Shown one piece after another: positions 63,408 to 64,000 of a stretch of 64,000 nucleotides of DNA. The notes beneath the pieces were generated by a model. The model was not told the DNA's origin, ran no database searches, and worked only from the letters and a program-made list of their open reading frames with translations. Source of the DNA: Naegleria gruberi. Lineage: Eukaryota. Numbering within the stretch: the stretch's first letter is position 1; each line of letters begins with the position of its first letter. A program made the position numbers and the translations under genes. The stretch is taken from NCBI GenBank assembly GCA_000004985.1, contig GG738884.1; one strand, written 5' to 3'.

Positions 63408-63846
63408 AAAGTGGTAGGAGGATAAGCATTAGTTGGAGTCATGATGCTTTGTAATGACTATCATCCAATTTCACCATTTCGAAATCAAGTAAATAATAAT
63501 ATTAATTTGCACAACAATAATTTTTATTAATTGTTGTGGTGCAAAACAGGAGAGAAGTGATGCAACAAAACTATAAACACCACAACCCTTTTTCGTTCAA
63601 CCTAAGTGACTTCATGTTCGGAAGCGACAAACTTGCTATTTACAAAATAATAACAATAACAAGCTTGGCACTTTCAAAGTATTCCAAAATCTTTTCGCAT
63701 AGAATCTTTGAGACATGAGGTAGGAGTGCTGTTCTAAAATTTAGAAACGAGCACATCCTGGCGGAAATCACCTCAGTCGAAGATGGAGAGAAGAACCAAC
63801 ACAATTACACCACACTCTCCTCTTTGCTTTTTAGAGATGAGGGCGT

Positions 63847-64000
63847 TTAGACCTTGGTTGGTGCTCTCTTCAATGCCTTCTTTTCAGCAATCAAAGCAGC
63901 ATGCTCCTTCTTTTGAGCAACAACTTGTTGTTGTTTATCAATGCTGTTCAACTTCATCTTCATTGGATCTTGACCAGTCTTCAAGGATTCATATCTACAA
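63847..64000 (-). CDS. 3' end of a gene continuing beyond the window end (C-terminal Lys/Ala-rich tail ...KKEHAALIAEKKALKRAPTKV*)
   Basis: The minus-strand frame is open from position 64000 down to a TAA at 63849..63847. Product not identified. Confidence 0.35.
   Translation of the reverse strand, partial: CRYESLKTGQDPMKMKLNSIDKQQQVVAQKKEHAALIAEKKALKRAPTKV

Noticed and set aside
1-64000. Possibility of a ciliate-type genetic code, prompted by the in-frame TAA in BCS1
   Set aside because: All other long ORFs (up to 1728 aa) are free of internal TAA/TAG and terminate at TAA, so the standard code applies. The BCS1 TAA is a local event.

Overview
This 64-kb window is AT-rich (about 65-70% AT), very gene-dense nuclear DNA from a unicellular eukaryote. 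I count about 38 protein-coding genes, two tRNA genes and one 50-nt assembly gap (N run at 44473..44522). Most genes are single-exon or carry one or two short introns of 54-200 nt, with GTAAGT, GTATGT, GTACGT or GTAGGT donors. Two genes have a first exon that is only the ATG or a 49-nt leader, and ARL8 contains a 29-nt micro-exon. Intergenic spacers are often under 200 bp.

The standard genetic code applies: long ORFs end in TAA, so there is no ciliate-type reassignment. Highly expressed genes such as RPS4 use yeast-like codons (TTG, AGA, GGT, AAG). Many proteins carry N/Q/S/T-rich low-complexity tracts.

Confidently recognised genes are:
- 40S ribosomal protein S4
- the retromer VPS35 first exon (partial)
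- a JmjC/cupin hydroxylase
- a DOMON-domain surface protein
- a 1728-aa multi-pass membrane class III adenylyl cyclase with a PAS domain
- a RING+LON-N (LONRF-type) E3 ligase
- a BCS1-like AAA ATPase that contains an in-frame TAA
- an F-box/LRR protein
- a VAO/D-lactate-dehydrogenase-type FAD oxidase
- a thioredoxin-fold (PRXL2-like, CxxC)::RGS fusion gene abutting the gap
- an FKBP
- a ZIP zinc transporter
- a bacterial-type PARG (DUF2263, GGG-X8-QEE)
- ARL8
- an SH2-domain protein
- a Ras-like GTPase
- divergent tRNA-Tyr(GUA, with intron) and tRNA-Asp(GUC)

The remainder are lineage-specific membrane, secreted or hypothetical proteins. An SH2 domain, an RGS domain, N-myristoylation signals and a PAS-cyclase together suggest an amoeboid protist (heterolobosean or amoebozoan-like) rather than a fungus, but the organism cannot be fixed from the sequence alone. 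There are no CRISPR arrays, rRNA genes or obvious transposons.
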